From Syntrophales bacterium (GTDB lineage Bacteria > Desulfobacterota > Syntrophia > Syntrophales > UBA4778): a DNA stretch of 64,000 nt. This document shows, piece by piece, positions 53,563 to 63,483 of this stretch. Each line of letters starts with the position of its first letter. Position 1 is the stretch's first letter. The translations under genes and the position numbers were made by a program. Location of the stretch: assembly GCA_963665615.2 (NCBI GenBank), contig CAXXQE010000001.1, positions 1-64,000 of the forward strand, in the 5' to 3' direction. Below the pieces are notes generated by a model. The model did no database searches, was not told where the DNA came from, and saw only the letters and a list, made by a program, of their open reading frames with translations.

Positions 53563-53663
53563 CATGGCCTGTGGTTTGAGATGTATGGTTAACCATATAG
53601 CCATAAAACAATAAAAGTCAAGAAAATATTGACAGCCATATAACCACATGATATTTATAAATT
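53563..53663. promoter_or_regulatory. Divergent promoters with operator repeats
   Basis: Back-to-back TTGACT (minus, 53616-53621) and TTGACA (plus, 53629-53634); repeats AACCATAT/AGCCATAA and AGCCATAT/AACCACAT. Confidence 0.65.
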
Positions 53664-53822
53664 ATGGATAAGAATCGAAACCCTTACAACACTACGATAG
53701 ACAATAATTTGATCAAGAAACTCAAGTTTCTGTCAATCGAGGTAGACAAGCGTCAAAATGATCTTTTGGAAGAAGCCATTGAAGATCTTCTAAAGAAATA
53801 CGAGAAGAAAGGGAAGAAGTAA
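53664..53822 (+). CDS. Ribbon-helix-helix regulator (52 aa, not in ORF track)
   Basis: MDKNRNPYNTTIDNNLIKKLKFLSIEVDKRQNDLLEEAIEDLLKKYEKKGKK. Confidence 0.8.
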   Translation: MDKNRNPYNTTIDNNLIKKLKFLSIEVDKRQNDLLEEAIEDLLKKYEKKGKK

Positions 53823-53947
53823 GGCGCAATATCCTTGCTCCCGCAACCTCATCAGGACGAGTACGCATAGGCCCGGTGAGTGTAGGCTCGGCAGGGCCGT
53901 TAACCTCTCCGAGTTCACCGGGGGCTTTCAAGGAGGCGAAAAACGAT

Positions 53948-54259
53948 ATGAGAGAAACCAAACAGCCTCAGTCGATCAGCTCCAAACCCAAGAAGAAATC
54001 ATTGCTTCGGGAGTTGATGGACTCTTACAACAGAGCGCAACACGAAACGACCAAATCTCACCAAAAGAGCCGAATCACCTTAGAAGAAGCTATGAAGCTA
54101 AATGGAATAGAAGATTGGACGCTGACCCAATCGCAGCAAAAGTTCTTGATCGAATCCGCAACAAGACTCAGCCAGAGATACCCGGCAGAGTGGTTCCAAG
54201 ACCCGAAGAATCGGGAGGTGAATCAGAATCAACTGAAGCAGGTATTCAAAGAATTGTAA
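53948..54259 (+). CDS. Hypothetical protein
   Basis: AAGGAGG upstream of ATG at 53948. Confidence 0.55.
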   Translation: MRETKQPQSISSKPKKKSLLRELMDSYNRAQHETTKSHQKSRITLEEAMKLNGIEDWTLTQSQQKFLIESATRLSQRYPAEWFQDPKNREVNQNQLKQVFKEL

Positions 54260-54561
54260 ACCCTAATCCGACCTCGCTCTGGCCCGAGACCGCGCTAGGG
54301 GTCTCCTTCGGGAGATGAGGGGACTGCGCCCCTTCCCAGAGCGTATTTTCTATGCCCTCCCCCTATGACACCTTTGGAAAATACTGCAAGGACAGGTGGG
54401 ACATAAGCAGACCAAGGGCGTATCAGCTTATCGAGCCCCTGTCGAAGATGAATAAAAAAAGGCGGATGCTTTTCACACACGCCCTGGAATACAGATCAAA
54501 TATAAACCCGTGAGTTAAATAAAACCACACGCTTCAGCATAGGGTTTTATGTGTAAACCAA

Positions 54562-55005
54562 TTAGGTGTTGCGTTTTGAGACTGGATAAATTTCGTGATT
54601 TGGGTCCCACCATAAAATCTTGAAAATATTTTCAACCCTCAATCCCCATAATCTTTGCTTTTGTGTGCCATTTTTGATTTCTAATTGATAAAGGGTTTCG
54701 TAATCATAATAACCTAGATCAGATAATCGTTGCTGCGCCTTGTCGATTATCTTATCTACAGGAAGAGGATGACTGCTGCCTGAAAGCTCAGACCATCTAA
54801 CCTTTTCATATTCATGAAGTCTCTTTTGTATGCTAACCAATGTCTCGATACTGCATGGCCATGAACCAGAAGTGTCCATATTTTCTAAATGCCATGCAAT
54901 AAGCTGATGCTGATAACCATCTGGATTTTTTCTGTGGATGGGCTCCTTAGCCCCTTGAGGAATATAAATTGATTTTGGCTTCTTGCGTTCCTTGTTCCCA
55001 CCCAT
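54562..55005 (-). CDS. Putative toxin (RelE-like) partner of the Panacea antitoxin
   Basis: AQQRL..LYQL....QRLWG....IFKILWWDPNHEIYP; abuts the antitoxin stop codon. Confidence 0.65.
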   Translation of the reverse strand: MGGNKERKKPKSIYIPQGAKEPIHRKNPDGYQHQLIAWHLENMDTSGSWPCSIETLVSIQKRLHEYEKVRWSELSGSSHPLPVDKIIDKAQQRLSDLGYYDYETLYQLEIKNGTQKQRLWGLRVENIFKILWWDPNHEIYPVSKRNT

Positions 55006-55443
55006 TTATTTCAGGCCGCTGTAATATTCGATCAGTGCCCCGTGAGAGATAACATTACTGCAATATTCACCTGACGGGCAATTGCCACGGGCCTCTTTCC
55101 ACGGTTCTTCTAAATGGGTGAGGTCAACAAGCCATTGCGCTGTTTTTTCCCCGTAATGCCCAAGCACACCATCAATTGTTTCTTTTTGATCTTTAGTCAG
55201 ATTGCGGCAACTCCCAAGCTTCAGGTCTTTTTCGCTAATTCTAAAAAATCCCTTATGTTCCTGAAATAGTGCAGGAACAACTGGGCCATTTGCCCATGCT
55301 TCAATTGGCTCATCAAAAATTGGTTGTTCATCCCAAACTAAAGACCATGCCTGACAATAATAAACCAGCTTTTGAAGTTTAACTGTTGTAAGGGGACCTT
55401 GTTTTTTTAATATGTAGCGAGCCACATCAAACACACTTGCCAT
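55006..55443 (-). CDS. Panacea/SocA-like antitoxin (DUF4065)
   Basis: DVARYIL..T.VKLQKLVYY.QAW..F...IEAWANGPVVP..L...TH.E.PW. Confidence 0.88.
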   Translation of the reverse strand: MASVFDVARYILKKQGPLTTVKLQKLVYYCQAWSLVWDEQPIFDEPIEAWANGPVVPALFQEHKGFFRISEKDLKLGSCRNLTKDQKETIDGVLGHYGEKTAQWLVDLTHLEEPWKEARGNCPSGEYCSNVISHGALIEYYSGLK

Positions 55444-55662
55444 TTCCGCACCTCCAAAAACCGGTCATGACATATTCCATCCAAAAATTATTCGTTGTCG
55501 TGTTATGCATACCATATTTTCGGTTTTTTGCATATTTTCTTGATGTCTCGTTTATCTACTTTGGGGGAAATCTTGGGGTAAAAAAGTTTTTCCGGGTGTG
55601 CAAAATCGTGAATTTTACCCTAGATTATCGGATCGGTATCGGATCGGTTTTTCAGGTAGGTG

Positions 55663-55708
55663 AAAATAAAAAGGACTAAGTATATTGTAAACTTAGCCCT
55701 TATTTTAT
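55663..55708 (-). terminator. Island-supplied terminator after tRNA-Glu
   Basis: Minus strand AAGGGCTAAGT-loop-ACTTAGTCCTT followed by T-rich tail. Confidence 0.6.
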
Positions 55709-55784
55709 TGGCGTCCCCACGGGGATTCGAACCCCGGCTGCCGCCGTGAAAGGGCGGTGTCCTAGGCCTCTAGACGATAGGGAC
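55709..55784 (-). tRNA. tRNA-Glu (TTC)
   Basis: GTCCCTA..TGGGGAC acceptor stem, CCGCC-CTTTCAC-GGCGG anticodon arm, GTTCGAATC T-loop, encoded CCA; 76 nt. Confidence 0.97.
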
Positions 55785-55947
55785 GTAAAACGGAACGGTG
55801 ACAGGTAATAGAAGGAGTCTTATATAGATTTTTGCACTGCCTGTCAACACAAAATCATCAACAAAAACAACTGTCATTACAGAGGGATGCAGAAATGATC
55901 GTCCTGGATTGGGGAGGGAGAAGATTTCTATGTCTTTTCCCTTTGAA

Positions 55948-56061
55948 GTCTTCAGCGAGCACATTGCTCGTGGCTTGACGCGAGGTACGCGAGCGGATCA
56001 GGAAAAAGCAGCTACCTTGGGAATCGGAAATTCGCCGGAGCGTGCTCCGGTGAGTCTTCAA
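55948..56061 (+). repeat. Dispersed two-hairpin element, copy 7 (114 bp)
   Basis: Follows TTGAA (55943-55947), ends TTCAA; very similar to copy 4. Confidence 0.85.
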
Positions 56062-56068
56062 CGCCACC

Positions 56069-58359
56069 TCATTCCAGAAGCACGACGGGCTCGCGCAGGA
56101 TCAGATCCCTGGCCCGGGATGCCAGTTGAGCGATTTCCGGGTGGGTATCGCGCAGGGAGGCGATCTGGCGCAGGTTGTCCGCTGTCCGGGAGATAAGGGA
56201 GACGAGGTCCCCGTCGGCAATGCCGATTCGCTCGATCACATCGCTCCACGCCATATCGCGCGCCCAGTAGTACAGCGCTGCAGCGGGCCAGAAGTAGAAG
56301 TAGTTGACGTGGAAACCCGCTTCGTCCAGCCGCTCGAAGGGGGCCAGGAGGGTGCTGACGACCAGGTCATAGGCGCCCTTGAGCTTGCGCGGGATGCGCT
56401 TCTTGTCGAGGACGATGTTCTGGTCGCCGTCATAGACGAAGAGGGCAGTGACCGCGGCCAGCAGGGCCGGATCGTCCTTCGGAAAGACATCGCGCCGAAG
56501 GCATTCGGCGATGAGCAGAGGCTGATCGAGGCGCAGCTGCGAAGTCCAGGTACCGTCGTCGGTCAGGCGGCCGTCGGGATCGACAAACGCCTCCGCTTTC
56601 AGGAAATCGAGGTGGCGCTGGAAGTCCTCCCAGAGCCGCGCATCCGCCTGCCCGTCGGTCGTTCCTGAACGGGCCTGCCACGCAGACAGGGACTTGCCGA
56701 AGAGGGTCCGGATCTCTTCCGGGGTATGGGACAGCAGCAGATTGAGGATCATGGAAAAGTCGTTCTTGATCCGGCTGGTGATTTCCTCGGGGCTGGTCTC
56801 GAGGAGTTCGGCGACGTGCTTGAGATCCATGAACCGTCCCGGCACGGCCAGCATGAAGCCGATCTTGTCAAGACCGCGTCGTCCGGCCCGTCCGGTCATC
56901 TGATGGAATTCCGTGGCGGTCAGCGGCTGGAAGTCGCGGCCGTTGAACTGATCGGAGTTGAAAAGCACGATCGTCCGCGCCGGGAAGTTGACGCCGGCGG
57001 CGACCGTCGAGGTGGCAAAGATAGCGTCGAGTCTGCCTTTTTTCATCTCCGCTTCGACGAGAAATTTCCACGCGGGCAATTGGCCGCCGTGATGGGCCGC
57101 GACGCGGGCGCGGTAGAGATAGCTGAGTTGGCGGTGCGTTTTGAGATAGGGAAAGCGCGCCAGAAGCTCCTCAACCTCGTCGTCGAAGGCGAGTTCCTCG
57201 ATGTCTTTTCCCTTGCGACAGTGTCGCAGTGCGGCGTCACAGTCGGAGCGCGACTTGAGAAAGAAGATCGCGGGCAACAGGTCAAAGGTCCTCAGGATCT
57301 CGATGATATCGCCATAGTTCGGGCTGTAAGGGCGACGAGGCTGCGGGGCGCTCGTGTTCTTCACAAAGGCATCGACCTTGCCGTAGAGGCGCTTCTTGGC
57401 CAAAAGGGGCATGAGGCGTCCCGCAGGGTGGAGAAAGAGCGGGTAGAGCGGCACGGGCCGGGTCTCCTCCCGGATGACGACGCAGGGCTTGCTCCGGTTG
57501 GTCTCCAGCCAGGCGGCGATTTCGTCGCTGTTGCCGATCGTGGCCGACAGCATCAGGAGGTTGATCCGGCTGGGCAGGTAGATCATGATCTCCTCCCAGA
57601 CTACGCCGCGGTCTTCGTCGCCCAGGAAGTGCGCCTCGTCGAGAACGATGAGATCGCAGTCGAGGTTCTCTCCCTTGTGCATGGCGTCATAGAGCTGATT
57701 ACGGAGGATCTCGGTGGTGCCGACTATGATCGGCGCATCGGCGTTTTCCTTCGTGTCGCCCGTGAGGATACCGACCTGATCACCGCCGAAGGAAGCGCTG
57801 AACTCAACCCACTTGGCGTTGGTCAGGGCTTTCAGTGGCGATGCATACCAGACGCGGCCGCCTTGTTCGAAGATGCGCCGGATGGCCTGCTCGGCGATCC
57901 AGGTCTTTCCGGAACCCGTAGGAGCGGTGACGAGACAGTCGCTCTCCGCAATGGCCTCCAGGGCCTCCAGTTGAAAGGGATCGGGCGTGAAGGGTTTTTC
58001 TTCCGGGCGGCCGATGCGCACAAAGACGCCATTCAAAACGGCTTCGGCCTGAGGTTTAAGCCGGGTATGCGGCGGTTGGAACGATTTTCGGGGTGCATGC
58101 CGGCGTGTCTTTCCGGCAGCGTCCTGGTTGTCCTTGCGATGCTTGGTCGTGGATTCGTGCTTGAATGCTTCAGCGCTCGCATGCCCCGCCGTTTGCCGCG
58201 GGGAATGCGAGCGAGTTGGAACGGGATGGCTTTCCGGAGAATCGGAGACCGGCCGGCGCTTGTTCCGGAGAATTGCTCATGCGGAATCTCAGGGGGCCGG
58301 CGCTTGTTCCGGTGAGTCTTCAACTTCTCAGTTCGTTTTCTGTACGGTGATCGTGACAT
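56069..58359 (-). CDS. Ski2/HelY-like DEAH-box RNA helicase; 5' end interrupted by a repeat element
   Basis: PTGSGKT, PLKAL, DEAH, LSAT, QMTGRAGRRG. Removing 58166-58323 puts ATG 58359 in frame with ORF 56069-58036. Confidence 0.85.
58166..58323 (+). repeat. Dispersed element, copy 8 (158 bp, duplicated right hairpin)
   Basis: Follows TTGAA (58161-58165), ends GAGTCTTCAA; ggccggcgcttgttccgg occurs twice. Confidence 0.85.
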
Positions 58360-58458
58360 AGTGATGCCGGGAACTATAGCAGAGTCGAACGGAATGGTAA
58401 AGGATCTGTAGTTCTTGCTTCTGTAGTTCTTGCGATGCCCGCCGATTAGATCGGTTCA

Positions 58459-58485
58459 TCCAGTTTTGCGCGAAGATGCCGATAA
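58459..58485 (+). promoter_or_regulatory. sigma28 (FliA)-type promoter
   Basis: TCCAGTTT-N11-GCCGATAA, 7 nt before ATG at 58493. Weaker second match at 58422-58448. Confidence 0.7.
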
Positions 58486-58492
58486 TAAGGGC

Positions 58493-59521
58493 ATGAGAAT
58501 TGAAAGCAATGCCATAGCCCTTTCATCGGGGCATCAGCTTGAAAGCTCAACCCAGAAGGAGGAGACCCTTCAGTTCTGGGTTGACGATCTTGCACCCAAC
58601 GCAACCTCCGACACCGTGTCGCTGTCGGTTGAGGCTGCTCAGGCCCAGGCTAGTCCGAAAACGCATCAGATTCCCGACGGGGAGGACGTAATTGCCTCTG
58701 ATCCGAAACTCTTGCTGCTCAAGCGTCTGATCGAAGCGATGACGGGCAGAGAAATCAAATTGACTTCCATGCAGGCTTTGACAGGCGACGCCGCATCAGC
58801 GGCAAAGCAGGCTGCACCGGACGAAGCCGCGCAGGGGCAGACGCCGCGCGCGGGGTGGGGGCTCGTTTACAACTATAAAGAAACCTACGCAGAGTCGGAA
58901 GATACGGCCTTTACGGCCAAGGGTATCGTCAAGACGGCAGATGGGCAGGAGATCGCCTTCAACCTCGATCTGACGATGAGCCGCGACTATACGACAGAGG
59001 TGGGCGTCAATATCCGTGCCGGCGATGCGACCCGTATCGATCCTCTCGTTATCAATTTCGATGGCACTGCGGCGGAGTTGTCGGATCAGACATTCAAATT
59101 CGATCTCAATGTGGACGGCAAGGAAGAGACGCTGCCTTTTCTGGCGCAGGGCAGCGGTTTTCTGGTCTTCGACCGCAATAAGGACGGCCTAGTCAACGAC
59201 GGCAGCGAACTCTTCGGTCCGACGACGGGCAACGGCTTCAAGGAATTGGCCGGCCTCGACAGCGACCATAACGGCTGGATCGACGAAGGGGACAGCGCTT
59301 ACGGAAATTTGTCGGTCTGGCGTCGCGATACTGACGGTTCCGAGAGTTTGATGAGTCTCCGGGACAGCGGCATCGGCGCCCTGAGCATCGGCTATGCCGC
59401 GACACCGTTCGATCTGCGCGATGAGACGAATGCCCTCAAGGGCCAGATCCTCCGAACGGGTGTCTATCTCACCGAAAGCGGTCAGGCCGGCAGCGTCCAG
59501 CAACTGGACGTGGTGGCCTAG
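58493..59521 (+). CDS. Conserved hypothetical protein with Ca-binding-like DxNxDG motifs
   Basis: DPLVINFDG, FDLNVDG, DRNKDGLVNDGSELFG, DSDHNGWIDEGD. Confidence 0.75.
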   Translation: MRIESNAIALSSGHQLESSTQKEETLQFWVDDLAPNATSDTVSLSVEAAQAQASPKTHQIPDGEDVIASDPKLLLLKRLIEAMTGREIKLTSMQALTGDAASAAKQAAPDEAAQGQTPRAGWGLVYNYKETYAESEDTAFTAKGIVKTADGQEIAFNLDLTMSRDYTTEVGVNIRAGDATRIDPLVINFDGTAAELSDQTFKFDLNVDGKEETLPFLAQGSGFLVFDRNKDGLVNDGSELFGPTTGNGFKELAGLDSDHNGWIDEGDSAYGNLSVWRRDTDGSESLMSLRDSGIGALSIGYAATPFDLRDETNALKGQILRTGVYLTESGQAGSVQQLDVVA

Positions 59522-59638
59522 GACCTCCGGGCTTCATCGCGTTTCCGCTCGCGCTTTTGTCACCCGCGCCATTTCCATAGAGCAGCAAGCAAATCGCCAC
59601 CCCTTTACCCGATTGCGATACCAATCCTTTATTGGGTG

Positions 59639-61431
59639 CTATCCGAGATATTTTTCAACTACGTGAATCTGCTTTTTGAGAATCGTTTCGACGTCTCCAG
59701 CCGGCATGGGCTTATAGTGATAAAAGCCCTGCACCTCGTCGCACATCCTCTGGGTCAGGAAGGACAACTGGTTCTTGGTTTCGACCCCCTCGGCAATGAC
59801 ACGCAGCCCCAGGCTTTTACCGAGCACGATAATGGCCTTGGTAATCGCTTCGTCTTTTTCACTTACATTGATTCCCTGAACGAAGGGCATGGCGATCTTA
59901 ATCTTGTCCACTGGCAATTGCTTGAGATAGTTGAGAGAGGAGTACTCTGTTCCGAAATCGTCGATGGATATCGCGACGCCTTTATTTTTAAAGGCCGTCA
60001 GCATTTCGATCACGTGCGCCGTTTCTTTCATGACGATGCTTTCAGTGATCTCCAGTTCCAGATCGTTCGGATCCAATCCGGTTTCCTGGAGGATGGCATC
60101 GACCAGTCCGACGATATCGGGACTCTGAAACTGCCGGACGGAGAGATTGACCGCCATGCGCACTCGGGGCAGACCGGCGTTCTGCCATGCCTTGTTTTGT
60201 TGGCAGGCAGTCCGGAGCACCCATTCGCCGATGGTAACGATCAGTCCAGTCTGCTCGGCGAGCGGAATGAACTTGGCGGGCGACACCATTCCGAACACTG
60301 GATGTTTCCATCTCAACAGGGCTTCCAACCCGATGATCCGTCCTGTCGTGCAGTGAACCTGCGGCTGATAGTAAAGCTCCAATTCGTCGCGGTCCAGGGC
60401 GCCATAGAGCTGATTGCTCAGTTTGACGGTTTCAAGGGCTTTGGTTTTCATCAGGGGTGTGCAGAACAGACACTGATTGCGGCCCTTTTCCTTGGCTTTA
60501 TACATGGCGATGTCCGCATTTTTAACGAGCGTATCGGCGTTTTCTCCGTCCTCCGGATAAACGGCAACCCCGATACTGGTCGTGATGAAGAAATTATGGT
60601 TGTTGAGGTTGAAGGGTTCCCTGAAGCTGTTGAGGACTTTTTCGGCAACCCGCTGAATGGTGTTCGGCTCTTCAATATTTTCAATCATGATGACGAATTC
60701 GTCGCCTCCGACCCGCGCGACGACGTCGGATTTACGCACCGTATGAAGCAATCTATGGGAAACATCGACCAACAGCTGATCTCCGACGGTATGCCCCATG
60801 GTGTCATTAATCATTTTGAAACCGTCCAGGTCGAGGAAAAGGATGGCAAGCATCTTCTCATTACGCTCCGACAAGGCGATGCCATGATTGAGCTGATCGG
60901 TAAAAAGCAATCGGTTTGCCAGGCCGGTCAGATGGTCATGAAAAGCCAGGTGCTGAATTTTCTCCTGGATTTTTTCACGCCCCATGATTTCTTTTCGCAG
61001 GCTTTCATTGGCCTCCGTCAGTTGCTGCTGGATTTTTTTCCTCTCCGAGTTATCGATGAGGCTCTCGATTAAATAGCGTTTGCCGTCGAATTCGATGGGT
61101 ACGGCCGTCTTGATAATAGACAGCGCTGATCCGTCTGCACGAACCATCTTCCGCTCTGAATTGTCGACGGTCTGTCCCTTGTCTGTAATCGGGCACTGAC
61201 CGATCTCGGCGGGGCACAGTACGCTGTGGCAAGTTCGACCCGTGACCGTGCCGGCTGGGGTAGCCCCCCATTTCGCGAAGTTTTGAATTGGCGTACACAA
61301 TCTCGTGTGTTTCGGCATCGATGATGACGACGCCGAAGCCCTAAGGTTTCCAAAACCGCGGGCGCAAAGTCGTTTAGGCTTTGGTTCTGATGCCTCATTG
61401 AGTGCCTTGCGGCATTGCCGTTAAAAGTCAT
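59639..61431 (-). CDS. PAS-GGDEF-EAL c-di-GMP cyclase/phosphodiesterase; two apparent +1 frameshifts near the 5' end
   Basis: HDHLTGLANR, GGDEF, EAL, DDFGT. The PAS start GVVIIDAETHEIVYAN lies in a shifted frame; slips at 61339-61341 and about 61257-61269. Confidence 0.9.
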
Positions 61432-61512
61432 CCCGTATTTCTCCTTTTCTGTTGACCGGTGCCATACCCTGAGTCTGGCTCTCTTGATGGATAGCCTGGT
61501 GCGGCGTTATGT

Positions 61513-61540
61513 TAATCGGCAAAAGGTTGGAGGGACTTAA
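61513..61540 (-). promoter_or_regulatory. Putative sigma28-type promoter
   Basis: Minus strand TAAG-N15-GCCGATTA upstream of the GGDEF-EAL gene. Confidence 0.5.
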
Positions 61541-61645
61541 CTGCACTCAGTTGCATATCAGCGAGGCAACAAGAAAACAGATAAAAATGGATGGTGTGGA
61601 GGGAAAAGCCCTACGGAAGCCCTAGGCATTCATGAACGACAGGCC

Positions 61646-62399
61646 TTATGGCTTGATACCTACATGCAGGTAGGTGATGCCTGGGAAAAAGCGCTTCTGT
61701 TCGACGACCTTGAGGCCAGCCTCCGTCATCAGGGACGAAAATCTCCCGGGTGAGGGGAAAGTGGCTGATGGAATCCGCCAGATAGGCATAGGCGGCGGCA
61801 TTGCGCGAAAAGGGTCTGGCCAGTAGGGGAAGCGCTTTTTTCAGGTAAAAGGCGTAAGCTCCGCGCAGCGGCGATCCCTCATCCGGCAGGGACATCTCCA
61901 GAACGATGACGCGGCCGCCCGATTGAACGACACGCCCCATCTCCCGCAGGGCGGCCAGTCTGTCGGGGATGTTCCGGATGCCGAAGGCGATCGAGGCCAC
62001 ATCGAAGTTTCCGTCGGGGAAGGGCAGGTGGAGGGCGTCGGCCTGCTGCAAGACAATTCTCTCCGTGAGTCTCTTCTTTTCGATCTTTCGGCGACCAACT
62101 GCCATCATGTCCTCGGCCAGATCGATGCCGTTCACGAAGATGGCGGGGTTTCGGACAGCCGCTTCGATGGCTAGATCCGCCGTTCCCGTTGCCACATCAA
62201 GGAGTCGATACGTCTTGAAGAAGCGCATCCGTCGCACGGCGCCCCGGCGCCAGAGGATGTCCTGCCCCAGGCTCAGGAAGTGATTCAAAAAGTCGTATTC
62301 TTTGTTAATTGACGAGAAGATGTCTGCGACGATCCGCTTTTGCGTTCCCGCATCCGCCTTACTCAAAGCGGGGGTATCCCTCCGTGGTGTTTCCTGCAT
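61646..62399 (-). CDS. ubiE: Ubiquinone/menaquinone C-methyltransferase UbiE/MenG; apparent +1 frameshift at 61754-61757
   Basis: YDFLNHFLSLGQDILWR, LDVATGTAD, AFGIRN. Corrected end is FPSPGRF..GITYLHVGIKP*. Confidence 0.88.
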
Positions 62400-62464
62400 T
62401 TTCCGGTTTCATGTTTGTAGCACCCACTTATTTAATATCAAGCAAGAAGGTCGAGATTGCTGTG

Positions 62465-63442
62465 TCAGACCGGCAATGATGTTTCGAAGATCAGTGCGAG
62501 CACGTATCCCGCGATCAGTCCTACGCCGGTCAGGAAGTGAACTTTGATCATGGCGAGATTGGCCGGGGCCATCTGAAGGGGATCCCGATAGTGTCGCCTC
62601 AATATGCGAACGGATCGCCAGCCGAGCGGCAAACTGGAAAGTCCGAGCAAAGTGAAGGGGGGAACCAGTTTCAAGCCGACGGCGAAAAACAGTGTCGCGT
62701 AAGCCAGGAACAGCCCCAGGATGTAGAGGCGGACGCCGGCCTCCCTTCCGAATCGTGCAACGAGCGTCATCTTGCCCGCGCGCCGATCCCCTTCGTAGTC
62801 TGGAATTTCGTTGATAATGATCATGGACCACATCATCCAGCCTAAAATGAGAGAAACGAGGAGGGGTTCCAGAGCAAGGGTGCGTGCCTGAACGTAATAA
62901 GCACCAAGTCCGATCACGGGCCCGAAGTTGACGAGAAGCCCTAATTCGCCGAAGCCCCGGTAACCGAATTTGATCGGGGGCACCGTATAAAAAATAGAGC
63001 ACAGCAAGCCGAAGATGCCAAAGGCCAGAACCGGCCAGCCCTTGAGCGCCGTAAGATAAAGCCCGATTGCCACCGTAATGGTGAAACAAATAGCCGAGGC
63101 GATCAGGACCTGTCGAACCGATAACAGGTTGTTTGTAATGACGCCGCTGCCGCCGGCATAGGGATTCTTCTCGTCCGGCCCGGTGTCGTCGACAAAATGC
63201 AGGTAGTCGACGGCATCGTCAAGAAGGTTCAAACCGAAGTGATTGACAGTAACGCCGATGACCACGAGGAAAAAGGCCGTCGCATCAAACGACCGGCCAT
63301 GGACGGCAGGGATCAGACCGCAGAGGATTGCCGGCAGAAAACTCGGCGGTACAAAATGAACGCGAAGGGCCTGCAGCCAGACGCTGAAGAGGCTGCGGCC
63401 GTTGCGATCGGCTGCTTGTGCGGCTGCTGTTCTTAAACGCAT
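62465..63442 (-). CDS. menA: 1,4-dihydroxy-2-naphthoate prenyltransferase (UbiA family)
   Basis: NLLDDAVDY..GGSG, YTVPP..YRGFGE, NEIPDYEGDRRAGKMTLVARFG. Confidence 0.8.
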   Translation of the reverse strand: MRLRTAAAQAADRNGRSLFSVWLQALRVHFVPPSFLPAILCGLIPAVHGRSFDATAFFLVVIGVTVNHFGLNLLDDAVDYLHFVDDTGPDEKNPYAGGSGVITNNLLSVRQVLIASAICFTITVAIGLYLTALKGWPVLAFGIFGLLCSIFYTVPPIKFGYRGFGELGLLVNFGPVIGLGAYYVQARTLALEPLLVSLILGWMMWSMIIINEIPDYEGDRRAGKMTLVARFGREAGVRLYILGLFLAYATLFFAVGLKLVPPFTLLGLSSLPLGWRSVRILRRHYRDPLQMAPANLAMIKVHFLTGVGLIAGYVLALIFETSLPV

Positions 63443-63483
63443 GATCGTTCCTTTGCTCCGGCGCGGCGTCCGTCGCCTTAAAC

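Larger units (their letters stand above)
43866..55736. mobile_element. tRNA-Glu-integrated element, phage-satellite-like (~11.9 kb)
   Basis: 31-bp direct repeats at both ends, integrase next to the left repeat, replication and terminase genes, visibly more AT-rich than the flanks. Confidence 0.92.

Noticed and set aside
43866..55736. Complete prophage or conjugative element
   Set aside because: Too small, and no recognisable capsid, portal, tail, lysis, relaxase or T4SS genes.
32714..61072. Long antisense ORFs (32714-34126, 56726-58315, 59636-61072 and similar)
   Set aside because: Shadow frames of well-supported genes in GC-rich DNA, with no motifs of their own.
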